Positions 46,585-58,159 of a stretch of 64,000 bases of DNA are shown here, in pieces. Positions within the stretch are counted from its first letter, which is position 1, and each line of letters begins with the position of its first letter. Source of the DNA: Felis catus (taxonomy: Eukaryota). The stretch covers positions 18,478,001 to 18,542,000 of the forward strand of contig NC_058368.1 in assembly GCF_018350175.1 (NCBI RefSeq). The letters run 5' to 3'. The notes under the pieces were generated by a model, which saw only the letters and a program-made list of their open reading frames with translations, ran no database searches and was not told the origin of the DNA. A program made the position numbers and the translations under genes.

Positions 46585-49015
46585 ACATGCAGGATGAGGA
46601 AGATCTGGAGTACTGGGGTGAGGAGGGCTATGTGTTCCCCAAGAAGAGGCAGTGTGCTGGTGGTGGCCAGACTTACATCAGAGGGGCCACAGGAAGGTCT
46701 GGGATTGTGCTTCCAAACAATAGCAGATATATCCCCAGCGGAAATAATGCTTAATGCACACCATACATTGCCACTGTGGCTTGTTCAACTACATAATAAA
46801 TAAATATTTTTCGGAATGCAATTTTTCCAGCCAGAGAAAAGATTTCATTGAACATCATTTAAAATAGATTTTCGTTTCATGTCATTTAACCGACTTTAAA
46901 AGCATTGGCCATAAATTCCATTTAATAGGCGGTTCCACTGGGGAGGACTGGTGGGGCAACTGTCAATTAGGTGTTTCATAAAAGGATGCAAATGTCTCAT
47001 AAAAATGATGGAAGATTGTATTATTGCATTAACCATGTCGTTCTTGCCACACTGTTACACACCATAGAATAATAACCGACACATTTAAAAGGTGGAAATC
47101 ATTCTGAATGTACATTTAAACTGTGTGTAAATGCAAACTCTCTTGAATCAGTTCTTAACACCTTTGTGAGCCCTTTCAAATCCTTAAGTCCTAAGGAAAA
47201 TAATTAATAGGTGAGATATCCGATAGACTAGGTTATGGGATCCACCAAGATATTTTCCAATATGTGATGTTTTGCAGTTGTGCCTTTGAAAGCTGGGCTG
47301 TCAAATCTATAAAAATACAAAACTGATTTATTCCATCCATAAAAACGTCTAAGGGTGCCATCTTCAACCTCCAATTTTTTTTTTCCAGTGTCTACGGTAA
47401 AGGATTTCAAAATGTCAGTAGAATACCCTGACAGGAGAGAGAGCAGAATACGAAGCAGATGTGGGAGAGTAGGAAGCAGAGAGAATGCGGACTTGTCACT
47501 GTGGAGGGTGTCAGTCCCAAATGAAAAGTGGAAAACAGGAAAGGATGTACCCAATAATTCACTCAAAATAATAAACAGCCAGAGAGTCAGAAGCAAATAC
47601 TGACAGCCTCCAATTTTAATGTGCCTTGATGAGTCATTAATGGGGAAACTGATTGATAAATACAATTGTACAGGTGTGCCCCCCAACACTTAGTAGGCTG
47701 GAGCTCTTGGTTGAGATATAGTTGCAGAAGCTACGCCCAATTCAAAAGAAATAGCTTTGTTGGGAGGGGAGGTGGAGTCTTATTACATATCAAGAAGAAA
47801 TATACCTCTGAGGATATTCTCAAACCCGAGGTAGAGGTATGAAGGAATGCATGTGAAAGAAAACAAAGAATAGACATATAGCAGCATTAAAAATGGACAG
47901 AAATCTCTGCTTTATGGGTGGAGACAGATAATGAACAAATAAGCAAAACACAGTACAACAGAAAAGGAGTGCTATGAAGAAAAATAAAGTTGGGACTGAG
48001 AATAGGAGAACCCGGAGAGAGTCACTGCTGTCGGATGCCTTGTCAGAAGCTTCGGTGAGAAGGCAACATCACAGCAGAAACCTGAAGGATTTGGGAGAGT
48101 GAGTTTCAGCAACATCTGAGGATCGAGCTAAAGGAACAGCAGGTGCAATATTGTGAAGTGAGAGCATGTCTGGCACATTTGAGACACAGCAACAGGAGCC
48201 AGTGTGGCTACAGCAGAATGGAAGCAGGTGAGATGGCAAGAGGCGAGGTCAGAAGGGTAATGGGGGACAGCTCAGGAAGGGTCTCATAGGCAGCTGGCAG
48301 GACTCTGGCCACTGGAGGGTTCTGAGCACTGGAATGGCCGCCATGTTGAGAAGGGACTGCTAAAGAAGGCAAGGGAGGAAGCGAGGTGACAAATTGGGAG
48401 GTTAATGCACTAACTCCAGGTGAGACACGTGAGATCTATGACCAAGGTGGTAGGGTGGAGGTGACGAGAAGAGGCCAGATTCTGAATATGTCCTTAAGGT
48501 AGAGCCAATAGGTTTTACTGATGGATTGGCAATGGGGATTGGAGGAAAGAAAAAAGAATAACTCCAAAGTTGTTGACCTGAGCATTGGAAAGAATGGAAT
48601 TCCTTGAACTTGAGTGAGGAAGACCTCAGGTACAATAGGTTTTGAAACAGAACTACCAGGAGCCTGGTCTTGATAATGTTAAATTTGGCATGCTCAATAT
48701 ACACCTAAGTGGTGATTTTACCTAGGTGGTTAGATGCACAGTTCTGGAACTCAAAGAAGAGGACAGCTGGAGCTGGAGATTTAGAAGTCCTGAGCACATA
48801 AATGGTTGTGACAGCCCCGAGGCTGGATGAGAAAACCCAGGTAACAACAGAGAAGAGAAGAGGTCCAAGATTTCAACCCGAGGTGCTTCAGCAGTTTGCA
48901 GTCAGGGATGAGGGTAAACAAACAAAAGAGGCCCTGAAGGAGTGAGCAAAAAATCAGGAGAAAAACAAGAAAAATGTGGTATCCTACAAGGCTAGTAAAG
49001 AAAGTGCATCAAACT

Positions 49016-49238
49016 GGGGCGCCTGGGTGGCGCAGTCGGTTAAGCGTCCGACTTCAGCCCGGTCACGATCTCGCGGTCCGGGAGTTCGAGCCCCGCGTCA
49101 GGCTCTGGGCTGATGGCTCGGAGCCTGGAGCCTGTTTCCGATTCTGTGTCTCCCTCTCTCTCTGCCCCTCCCCCGTTCAAGCTCTGTCTCTCTCTGTCCC
49201 AAAAATAAATAAACGTTGAAAAAAAAAATTAAAAAAAA
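49016..49238 (+). mobile_element. Very young feline SINEC_Fc
   Basis: CpG-intact body, tail AAACGTTGAAAAAAAAAATTAAAA. Perfect TSD AAAGTGCATCAAACT at 49001-49015 and 49239-49253. Confidence 0.98.
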
Positions 49239-49719
49239 AAAGTGCATCAAACTGGAAACTGTTGAATCCCAAACACTGTTGAAGTCATGAAAATAAAAGA
49301 AGTGGGCTACAGCTAGTGGGAAGGGTTTAAGAACAGGACTCTTAAAACTGGGGAGATGGAGAGTATAGCAGGCTGAATTTTAAGGAGAGAATACATATGG
49401 AAATGGATTGTGTTAAACCTGTTTATAGACTTGTATCTTCTGAAAGTCTTTGTACACCGCAAGGGGTCTTGACCCCAGACTGATGTCTACTGACTGACAT
49501 GATGAAAACTTTCTCCTCTTTCCATAAACTCCCAACATCTCCCCTCACATACCCCCGATTCCTCATTCACAAGAAAAGAGAAGCAGTAAAAAGCCTTCCA
49601 CACACGCACCACCACATCTCCCTGACAATCTGTGTTGTGTCCATGCATTCTACCTCCCCTTGTAATTGTGTGTGTCCTCACACCTATTGGAATACTCGCA
49701 GATGATTCTGTGAAAAAAG

Positions 49720-49862
49720 AAAACTATATGGAGAGAAGGCGGGGAAGCAAATATGGTAAACTGTTAACCATCACCGACTCTAGGGGAAGAGTATACAGGT
49801 ATGCATTGTGCCATCCTTGCAACTTCGTAAATTTAAATTTTTTCAAAACAACATTTTGGGGA
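49720..49862 (+). mobile_element. L1MD/ME 3' terminal fragment
   Basis: AAGCAAATATGGTAAACTGTTAACC...CTAGGGGAAGAGTATACAGGTATGCATTGTGCCATCCTTGCAACTT...TTTTCAAAAC. Confidence 0.75.
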
Positions 49863-49869
49863 AATACAG

Positions 49870-50510
49870 ACCAGCTCTATGCTATGATGTATTTTAAAAA
49901 TTTTATTCTTTCATACTTATAAAGTGGTGATAGGATAAATAATAAAATACTCTAAATGATAAAATATATTATAAAAGTCTATGTTATGAGTGAAATATTG
50001 AGTTCAAGGAGAAAGTAGAATGATGCAAATTTTCTAATTGAGAAAGAAGAATTGATTTATGCATTTTTATTTGTTTAAGTTCATTTATTTTAAGAGAGAG
50101 AGAGAGTGCAAGCAGGGGAGGGGGCAGAGAGAAAGAGGGAAAGAGTATCCCAAGCAGAGTCTGCTCTGTCAGCACAGAGTCCAGCGTGGGGCTCGGTCTC
50201 ACGAACAGCGAGATCATGCCCTTAGCCAAAATCAAGAGTTGGACACTTAACCAACTGAGCCACCCAGGCACCCTAAATTGATAATGATAGATATCAAATC
50301 GCTATGATATTAAAATTCCTTCAGCGTAACTTAAAAGAGTTTCAAAATTTAAAAAATATAAATATTTACAATACACTGTAATTAAGACTTCCAACTATTT
50401 AAATTTCTTATGAAAATTTAAATATCATTTAAAATATGAAAAGGGCTACATAATTTTGAAAAATTATTTCAGGGGGATTTGCAAGCAGAAAAGGTCTGAA
50501 TATCTTTGTT
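49870..50510. mobile_element. AT-rich hAT-Charlie-like DNA transposon remnant, split by a SINE
   Basis: Very AT-rich body ending GGGGGATTTGCAAGCAGAAAAGGTCTGAATATCTTTG, similar to the Charlie terminal ...GCAAAAAAGTTTGAAGACCACTG. Confidence 0.45.
50057..50273 (-). mobile_element. SINEC_Fc2-like SINE
   Basis: Reverse complement GGGTGCCTGGGTGGCTCAGTTGGTTAAGTGTCCAACTCTTGATTTTGGC. Short TSD AATTGAT. Confidence 0.92.
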
Positions 50511-50920
50511 TAAAAGTTTGGGTATTTGAAAGCAGGGAAATGCCATGAGCTAGGCAGAGCCTAGTTAAAGGGCCTACCTAGTTGAAGAGCCTACTTAAAT
50601 TACTGCTCACAGATTTAAAAGAATACCAGTCAGCATAGGAGTGTGCTTTTCTCTAGCCACTTTTATCTCTGTGAATGCAGGCCTGGGGGGAAGGGCAGTA
50701 GGATTTAACCAGTGTTAGGATTTTGCCAGACAAAGAAAACAAATGGAAAGAAGGAAAAGAGAGTTTATGGTATATTTCAATGAGTGATTATAGTGATTGA
50801 CCATAAGCTGAAAAAGGAGGGAAGGTAGGAAATGATGGGGATGTGGAACACAAAAATGTGATAAGATCAGTAGACTATAGGTTCTGGTGAGTTCAAAACA
50901 TTATTAAAGTCATGGACACA

Positions 50921-51146
50921 GGGGCGCCTGGGTGGCGCAGTCGGTTAAGCGTCTGACTTCAGCCAGGTCACGATCTCGCGGTCCGTGAGTTCGAGCCCCG
51001 CGTCAGGCTCTGGGCTGATGGCTCAGAGTCTGGAGCCTGTTTCCCATTCTGTGTCTCCCTCTCTCTCTGCCCCTCCCCCGTTCATGCTCTGTGTCTCTCT
51101 GTCCCAAAAATAAATAAATGTTGAAAAAAAAAATTAAAAAAAAAAA
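50921..51146 (+). mobile_element. Very young feline SINEC_Fc
   Basis: Perfect TSD AAAGTCATGGACACA at 50906-50920 and 51147-51161. Confidence 0.98.
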
Positions 51147-51230
51147 AAAGTCATGGACACAGAAGATGTGAGCCGCAGGTACTAGGCAGTAATTTATGAA
51201 TGGGACTCTTAACGTTTAAAATATTGAGGA

Positions 51231-51760
51231 TGTGGTAGGCAGAATTCTAAAATGCCCCCCGGCCCCACCCAGTGACTCATGCCCTTGGATGAGCAACTCA
51301 GTGTGAGTGCGGGAGAGACCTATGACTATATACAGATATAACTCAGGTGATTAGGTTATGTTATATGGGACAGTTGATTTTGAGAAAGGAAGATTAGTTT
51401 CAGTGGGTCTGACCCAATCAAGTGAGTTCTGAAAAGAGACAGGGCTCTTCCTGATGAAAGAGATTGGAGGCACGAGAAGGATTCTACACAAGATTCTCCA
51501 TTGCTGACCATGAAGATTTAGGGGGCCATGTGCCAAGGAATTCGAGTAGCCTCTAAGAGCTGGCAGCAACCCTAGCAAGGAAATGGGGACCTCAGTCATA
51601 CAACCACAAGTAATTAAAGTTGCTGTAACCACATGAGCTCCAAGTGAGAACACAGCCTGACCAACACTTCTGACCTATAGAACTCTGAGCTAATAAATAG
51701 GTATTGTTTTAAGCCACTCAGTTTGTGTTAATTTTTTGTGCTGTAATAGAAGAGTAAAAT
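51231..51760 (+). mobile_element. MLT1E-type MaLR solo LTR
   Basis: Starts TGTGGTAGGCAGAATTCTAAAATG, contains GCAAGGAAATGGGGACCTCAGTC and AATAAATAGGTATTGTTTTAAGCCACT. Confidence 0.9.
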
Positions 51761-53562
51761 AGGGGGTATTGGTAATGTCAGTTTCTAGGCTATGACTAAA
51801 GCCGTGAGAGGCTTAGGTTGGGTGGAGGACAATACACTAAAGAAACTAAGATGTTAGGGCACTGGGAGCATCTTCTTCTATTTGAAGCCCTCTACAGTTA
51901 TGAAAGAATTAATGTAGAGAAAAGATCAGTGAACAAGTAGCTAAAATCTTCAAAGAATGAGAGGGAGTGGATGGGGGGGTTTGGGTGACTGTAACTAGGA
52001 AGGATGGGTATGCGATATACCGATGGCATAAGATACAGAGCTGTGGGTGGCAGGGTAGGGAGGAGAGATGGGAACAGTCTAGAGCGGCAACATGGAGCAA
52101 GAAGGGCACCGCCCCACCTCCAGGCCCAGTGGCAGGAGGGCTAAAAAAAAGACCACCACTTGAGGGAGGGGCAGGGAAACTACTGACTTCAGCAGAGACA
52201 AGTTTCAGGTAGAGCAAGAAGGTGAGGGAATTGAAAGGAGTGGTGGAGATATGCAAGGTCTTTCTAACAACTGATCCAGAGGTCCAGAGAGCACAGTGGA
52301 AGATGGCAAAAGTGTGGAGGACTAAGAAATGGAATCAGAAAAAAGGAGGAGAAATTCCTAGGGGATGAAAATTAAGCAATGAGCAATGACCTGGGAGCTC
52401 TCCTTTTATGGTGGTGATGGCTATAAATAAGGATAATAAAAGGCATATGTCTTCATGATGATTTCAAGGTAGGTAATGGTGGCCAACCTTTGACTATTGG
52501 AGAGAAGAACTGGTGTCTTACCGGAGAATGTGGAACAAAAAGGCTCTCTGTTCCTGCTGACAAAGGTGTGAAAGCTAGTGGGGAGGCAGAGCGCCCAGAG
52601 CACCCAAGGCACTGGGGATCCCTCTCCATTCTGGGAATGGAGGCAGGTGTGCGGTTATACAGAATGCACACCATGGCACGTGCACACTCATGAAAAGCAG
52701 GTTGCAAATCTGGTTTTAAGCCTTCTGGAGTCCAAGCAAAGTAGAAATATAATTTTCACATGATTCACAGAGAACACAAGATAGTAACAGAGAAACCCAA
52801 CTATAATCTCTCATCCTAAGAACTAAGAGAAAGTTCTCCCCAAATCTTGTAAGAAGATACAAGGGGTGATGGAGTGAACACTGTCTCAGCAACATTATAG
52901 CAGTAGATACAGCCGTGGATTCTACATGAGTGTTTTTTTAAAATATTCTTCAATCTAAAGTGATTCAGCAACAGGACTCTTTAAGTCTTGAACTTAAGCT
53001 AAGAAGTGACTTTAGTGTATCAGATAGAATGGGTTACACATCGTCTACACAATCCTTCATAAATCCATCTCTCTTATTTACATTTCTAGTAGCTTTGACC
53101 GACAGTAAGTTTGAGGTTATATTTAACAACAAATCTCCGTAATCGGGCTCTTCTACATCAAAAGTAAGGGGCACAACCACTATATTAACAGATGACCTTT
53201 TAGAAAAATCGTCTAGCCTACCAAAGACATCTACGGACTACCAACGCAGATGGACTGAAAAAGATTTCCATTTGCTTCAGTACAGACCTGTACTTACATA
53301 CAAATATATGGATGACTGAAGCCATACAGCATAAAACATAGACATAATAATTTTAACTTAGATAAATGTTTAAGCACTTGTTTCAAAATACCTACTTCGG
53401 CCAGAAAATAATAATAAATACCCATTTAACTTTGAGCCATATAACTTCCTGGCAAAACTGACATAGACTATGACCTATAAAATGTTACGTCAAGGCAGCC
53501 AAACGTGTTGTTTTGTTGTTAGTTTTGTTATTCAACATGAGCCATTGAAAAATATCTGTACA

Positions 53563-53792
53563 GGGGTGCCTGGGTGGCGCAGTCGGTTAAGCGTCCGACT
53601 TCAGCCAGGTCACGACCTCGCGGTCGGTGAGTTTGAGCCCCGCGTCGGGCTCTGGGCTGATGGCTCAGAGCCTGGAGCCTGTTTCCGATTCTGTGTCTCC
53701 CTCTCTCTCTGTCCCTCCCCCGTTCATGCTCTGTCTCTCTCTGTCCCAAAAATAAATAAACGTTGAAAAAAAAAATTAAAAAAAAAAAAAAA
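53563..53792 (+). mobile_element. Very young feline SINEC_Fc
   Basis: Perfect 16-bp TSD GAAAAATATCTGTACA at 53547-53562 and 53793-53808. Confidence 0.98.
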
Positions 53793-54354
53793 GAAAAATA
53801 TCTGTACAAAGATAACAATTCATTTTAAAATAGTCGATAGATGACCATTCTTTGGGGAAATAAGTAGATGGCAGGCCCATTTGCTGTTATGTCTACTCTA
53901 ACTTATGAAAATAAAGATTGTGGGATCATGTTACAGGGAACATGGCTATTCCTGAAATCCATCACAAACGGGCCCCAGGAAAATATGGGCAGTGGCTGAG
54001 ATACTCCAAGGAAGCCGGCATCTGCCACAAGGGGCATTGTGCTAAAAACAGATCATGGAACAAGTTCCAACTTGCCTGGAAGACCATTTCAACCCTGATC
54101 CAATACAGGAACCAACAGAAGATAGATTCTTCGAATCTAATTGAGACCATCTAAGAGGTTTCAATTGGTGAATTTTAAGTGCTGGACATCCTGAGAAGAA
54201 GCAAACCTATCGTCTTAGAATTTCTGATAGGCAAGAAGAGAAGTCTGGTCATAGGTAGCCGTGGGCTTTACGACTGCAACACTCTGTGAAACCCGACATG
54301 GTTTCACAGCCCAAGCCTCTAGAGTCAGTTGAGAAGGGAAGGCAGGCAAATTAG

Positions 54355-54545
54355 GCGAACGGCAACAGTTTGTACGTGCCTACTGTGTTCGCGTGCTTCA
54401 CGCAGATGATTTTGTGTCATGCTCACAACATGCCTATGGCAATGGCTCATCACCACCTTCATTTTTCAGAGAAGGGTAGAGAAGCCACCTAGCCTATTAA
54501 GAGTCACAGAGCTAACAAAGATCTGACTCCAAAGCTGACCCTCTT
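54355..54545 (-). mobile_element. MIR
   Basis: GTGCCTACTGTG...CATGCTCACAACATGCCTATG...AAGAGTCACAGAGCTA...TCTGACTCCAAAGCT. Confidence 0.7.
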
Positions 54546-55974
54546 TCTCCCGCTTTCTCAGAAAGGCCATCTTGTCTGTGCAATGGAAAGGTACCCAGTA
54601 AGGAAGGGACAGTGGCAATAGCTTAAGAAATGAGTGGGAGCTGTCCAAAAAGCTGACAAAGTTTTAAAAACTGCTCCAAAGAATGGAAAGAGAGCACATG
54701 ATAAGGAAGAAGGCACATAATCTGGAGGGCAAAGCAAGTTCCCCATTGCCGAAGCTAGCTAGCTCAATATGCCAGCATCGCTGGGGCAGAACACTCAGCC
54801 CCTCCCTCATTTACAGCATGGCCAGAGGAAATATGTCCATTTCTCAAGCCCAGGGATGCAAGGGAAGGGAACGACAGAGGGAAAATAAAACTCCACTAGG
54901 AGTGTGTATCCATTTTTCTGTCGCTGGCAAAGCCCAGAGATTTTTTTTTTTTTTTTTTTGCTGCCAAATGCTTTCAGCATTATGAAAGTCCTTATTCTGT
55001 CTCCGCGCCACCCTAGTAGACTTTCTTTCTGACAAGATTAGAATTCTCAACAACAACTGTTTAAACTGTATTACCAGTTCTCTGGCAGCTTCAACCTATT
55101 TATATCTGGGGTAGGAGATTACGGGGTGTGCCTGTGGGTGCATGTGTGTTTGCCATGGAAATGCCTGTTTAACAAATTACTACTAAGATGAGCGGAACAC
55201 AGATGAAAATGATTACCAATCCCTTAGGAACAGAAGTCACATTTTTTTTTTTTCTGATACTTTGAGAGAAGGTGAGGTCTTGGCTTTAATCTCTACCTGT
55301 TGTCTGCATGCAAAGCTGGTTGCTTTATAGCACTGCTTTAATTTTGTTTTGTTCTGATTCCTCTGAGAGATTCCAAGGATCATAGAAAGGTTCATTGTAA
55401 TTCAGCAATTAGTGTGTCTGCTGCTTTCCTCTTCTCCTGACCAAAAATGCAAGATCATTCCGTCCTGTGAAAGTCATTTTCCGCCGACATCTTACACGTT
55501 AATTTGCTGGCGTTAAAATCCAGAGGCAAGGAAGAGCGAAATGTCAAAAGTCCCAGCAGATTTTGTGCATGGAACAGTAGGAAAAAGTGAGAGCAAGACG
55601 CCTTGCAGGCAACTGGCCTTCTTTCATCCAAAAGAGCATTCCTTCAGTTTTTATGTATGAAAACAACAGAGAGAAATAGTTGAAAGGCACATGCTTCTAA
55701 AAGAGATCTCACTGGAAATTAATCCTCTGAAATACCCCGTTCACCTTGTCACTCCCCTGCTCTCAGACCTCCCCTACTTCTCCTTCCCTACAGGAAGAGG
55801 TCTGAATCTTCAGCCTGGCTTTCAAAGCTGTCTTCGGCTCGTGTTCACCCTGCCTTGTAAGCTTCTTTCTCCTCCCGCCTTACAAGGGCATCCATCGGCT
55901 CAAATCGGTTGGTGAAAAACCAAAAAGAAAGTTCTCATTTCTACTTTTGACGCTGATGTCCTAGCCCCGAAGCA

Positions 55975-56528
55975 ATGTCAGCTTCACAGGTCTGTGACCA
56001 GGAGAGTCATACAGGACTCACCTTCAGGGGGGCCAGTACTTGGGGTTTAATGCTCCATGGCTGCTGTCTTGAAATTCTTAATAATTTTGCCTTTGGACTT
56101 GTGTTTTGTTAAGTCTATGGGACAGTGGAGACCATGGCAGAGGCCTGAGACCTGGCTCCCACACAGCCTGCCTCCCACTGCCTCCCCTGCCCCATGAGAT
56201 AGCTTCTAGGCCACACCCCACAACCACTGCTGCTCTCTCCCACAGCAATGGGCAGAGATTCAGGGAGAGCTGGGGTCAGGCACGCGCCCCACGGTATCTT
56301 GGGGCATGGCAAAGTGGAGCCACCCTATCCTGGATCCGTGGTGCCATTATGCATTAACCCTCTCATCCACCTCAATCCAGGTATGGAAAACATCCTGAAG
56401 CAGAAAATGCAGTCCCCTGAGGGTCACTCACCAGTGTGGACTGGGGTAGTGGGCCTGTGTGAAAAGAGATTGATTTCCCTGCCCTGCACTAGGACCTTAC
56501 AGATTGTTTTCATTTTATACCCAGCTCT
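55975..56528 (+). mobile_element. MER96/MER96B hAT DNA element
   Basis: CTTGGGGTTTAATGCTCCATGGCTGCTGTCTTGAAATTCTTAATAATTTT matches the MER96 5' part. The 3' end has TTTTCATTTTATACCCAGCTCTG. Confidence 0.75.
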
Positions 56529-56988
56529 GCAAATTCTGTTGCCTGCCCCTTCCATGAATATTAGGGTCTTCCTAGCTTCTCTATCACATTTCTGATAATT
56601 TGTGCTCTTTTTTTTTTAAACTGTTGAGATTATTTGGCATCAGAATCATGCAACCACGAGTGCTATTCGCATGCCTTTTAAACATTTCTTTCCATATAGA
56701 GTGATATAAAGGGTGATGGAGCATTTTTAGCACCACGAGAAACCTCCACTTGGGTTCACTCAAATCATGAACCATCTCTGTTGTCAACTCATTGATCCGC
56801 GATTCTGACTTTACTGTCACCAGGCCACATCTGTCCATCTTGTCCTCAATGCCAATTATTGCCAAATGCCACCTCCTTCTTTTTCCCTCTACCACCCTCA
56901 GCGCTCCACAGCTGGATCCAGTTCTACCTCCCAACTACAAAGCTCAGCTGTACCCCCGTATCTCAGACCAATCATGATCTGAGTTCTT

Positions 56989-57561
56989 TGTTAAGGAGAA
57001 ATTATTCACTGAATACTTGTTTAAAAATGACAAGACAGATTTTATTCAGACTACGGCAGCAGGGGAGAGAGACCTCAATATAAACCGACCTCAACGTTGC
57101 TGAAACATTTAAAGAGGCTCTTTAAATGCTGGTGTGTGTCCAAAGAAAAGTCTTGAAGGATGTTAAGTGGGGCAGGTTAGTCAATGTGATCAGGCCATCG
57201 GTGTCTGCTAACCAGTACTTATGAAGCCCAGCTAGACTGGGAGACCAAGGCCCTATCTGTCTTGATGATTGCATCTTGAAGGGATAGGCTCTAAGTCCCT
57301 GAGAGAGGCATTTCTGGGTTATAAAAGACATCACAAAGGGACAGAGAAAATACTTACAACTGCAAGTTTTCTAAAGTACACTCTCTAAGAAAAGGGGAAG
57401 TCAGGGGCCTATAGTTGGGTTTTGGCCAGAATGAAGAGTAAATTCTTCTGGCAGCATTGAGCTTCCTTGGACAGGCCATTGTAAGGGAGTTGAGACACTT
57501 CCCAGGGATGCGGACTTAAACCAATAGAAGCCATGCTAGAGTTTGATCAACTGTCTTAGCA
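56989..57561 (-). mobile_element. ERV1-class solo LTR (MER31/MER67-like)
   Basis: TG...CA termini (TGTTAAGGAGAAATTATTC...CTTAGCA), antisense polyA signal TTTATT near 57041, and AAGTTTTCTAAAGTACACTCTCTAAGAAAAGGGGAAGTCAGGGGCCT. Confidence 0.7.
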
Positions 57562-58159
57562 TGGAGCTGGATGAAGTCATTGGTGCTTCATCCCAAACCA
57601 ATGCTGACAGATGTGCAATTCTCATCCCAAACCAATCCAGGGCCTACCAATCCCCTCCCACACCCATCTGCCCAAGGATGCAATGTCCAACTTCCAACTC
57701 CTGGTGTCCCTGAATCCCAGTTCCCTTGCACCCTCACAGGGCACCCTTTCAGTATCGAGAAGCCCCGGCCTGAATTCTCTCCATGTAGCCCACAAGGACT
57801 AGGGTTTTTACAGTGTTTCTCAGAAACTTGTCCTTGGCCACTCACCCAGAGGCAACCACAGGTTGGACAGTAGGAACCTGTACCTGAAGAGCAACCATTC
57901 TACCTCTTACTCTCTGGCAGAAACATCTCTATCAATAGTGTCTGCCCCAGGCATCACTCTGCCCTGGACAGCAGGTCTGGGGCCATGTTACCTTACACCA
58001 GCCACTTGGCCAGACATCATCTCTTTTACCCTTCACATTAGCCCCGTGAGGGGAAAATGGTGCTCGGGGAGGTTTAGTTATGTAGGTGAAATGACATTTT
58101 CACTTTGTCTCGATCATCTGCCCTAAGGATAATGCAATTAGAACTAGAAGCAACAGAAG

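Larger units (their letters stand above)
47900..52440 (-). mobile_element. Long L2 LINE (minus) fragmented by at least six later insertions
   Basis: Continuous antisense-L2 text across the inserts. Minus peptide HAKFNIIKTRLLV (48402-48704 ORF) resembles L2 HLKLNMSKTELLI. Confidence 0.75.
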
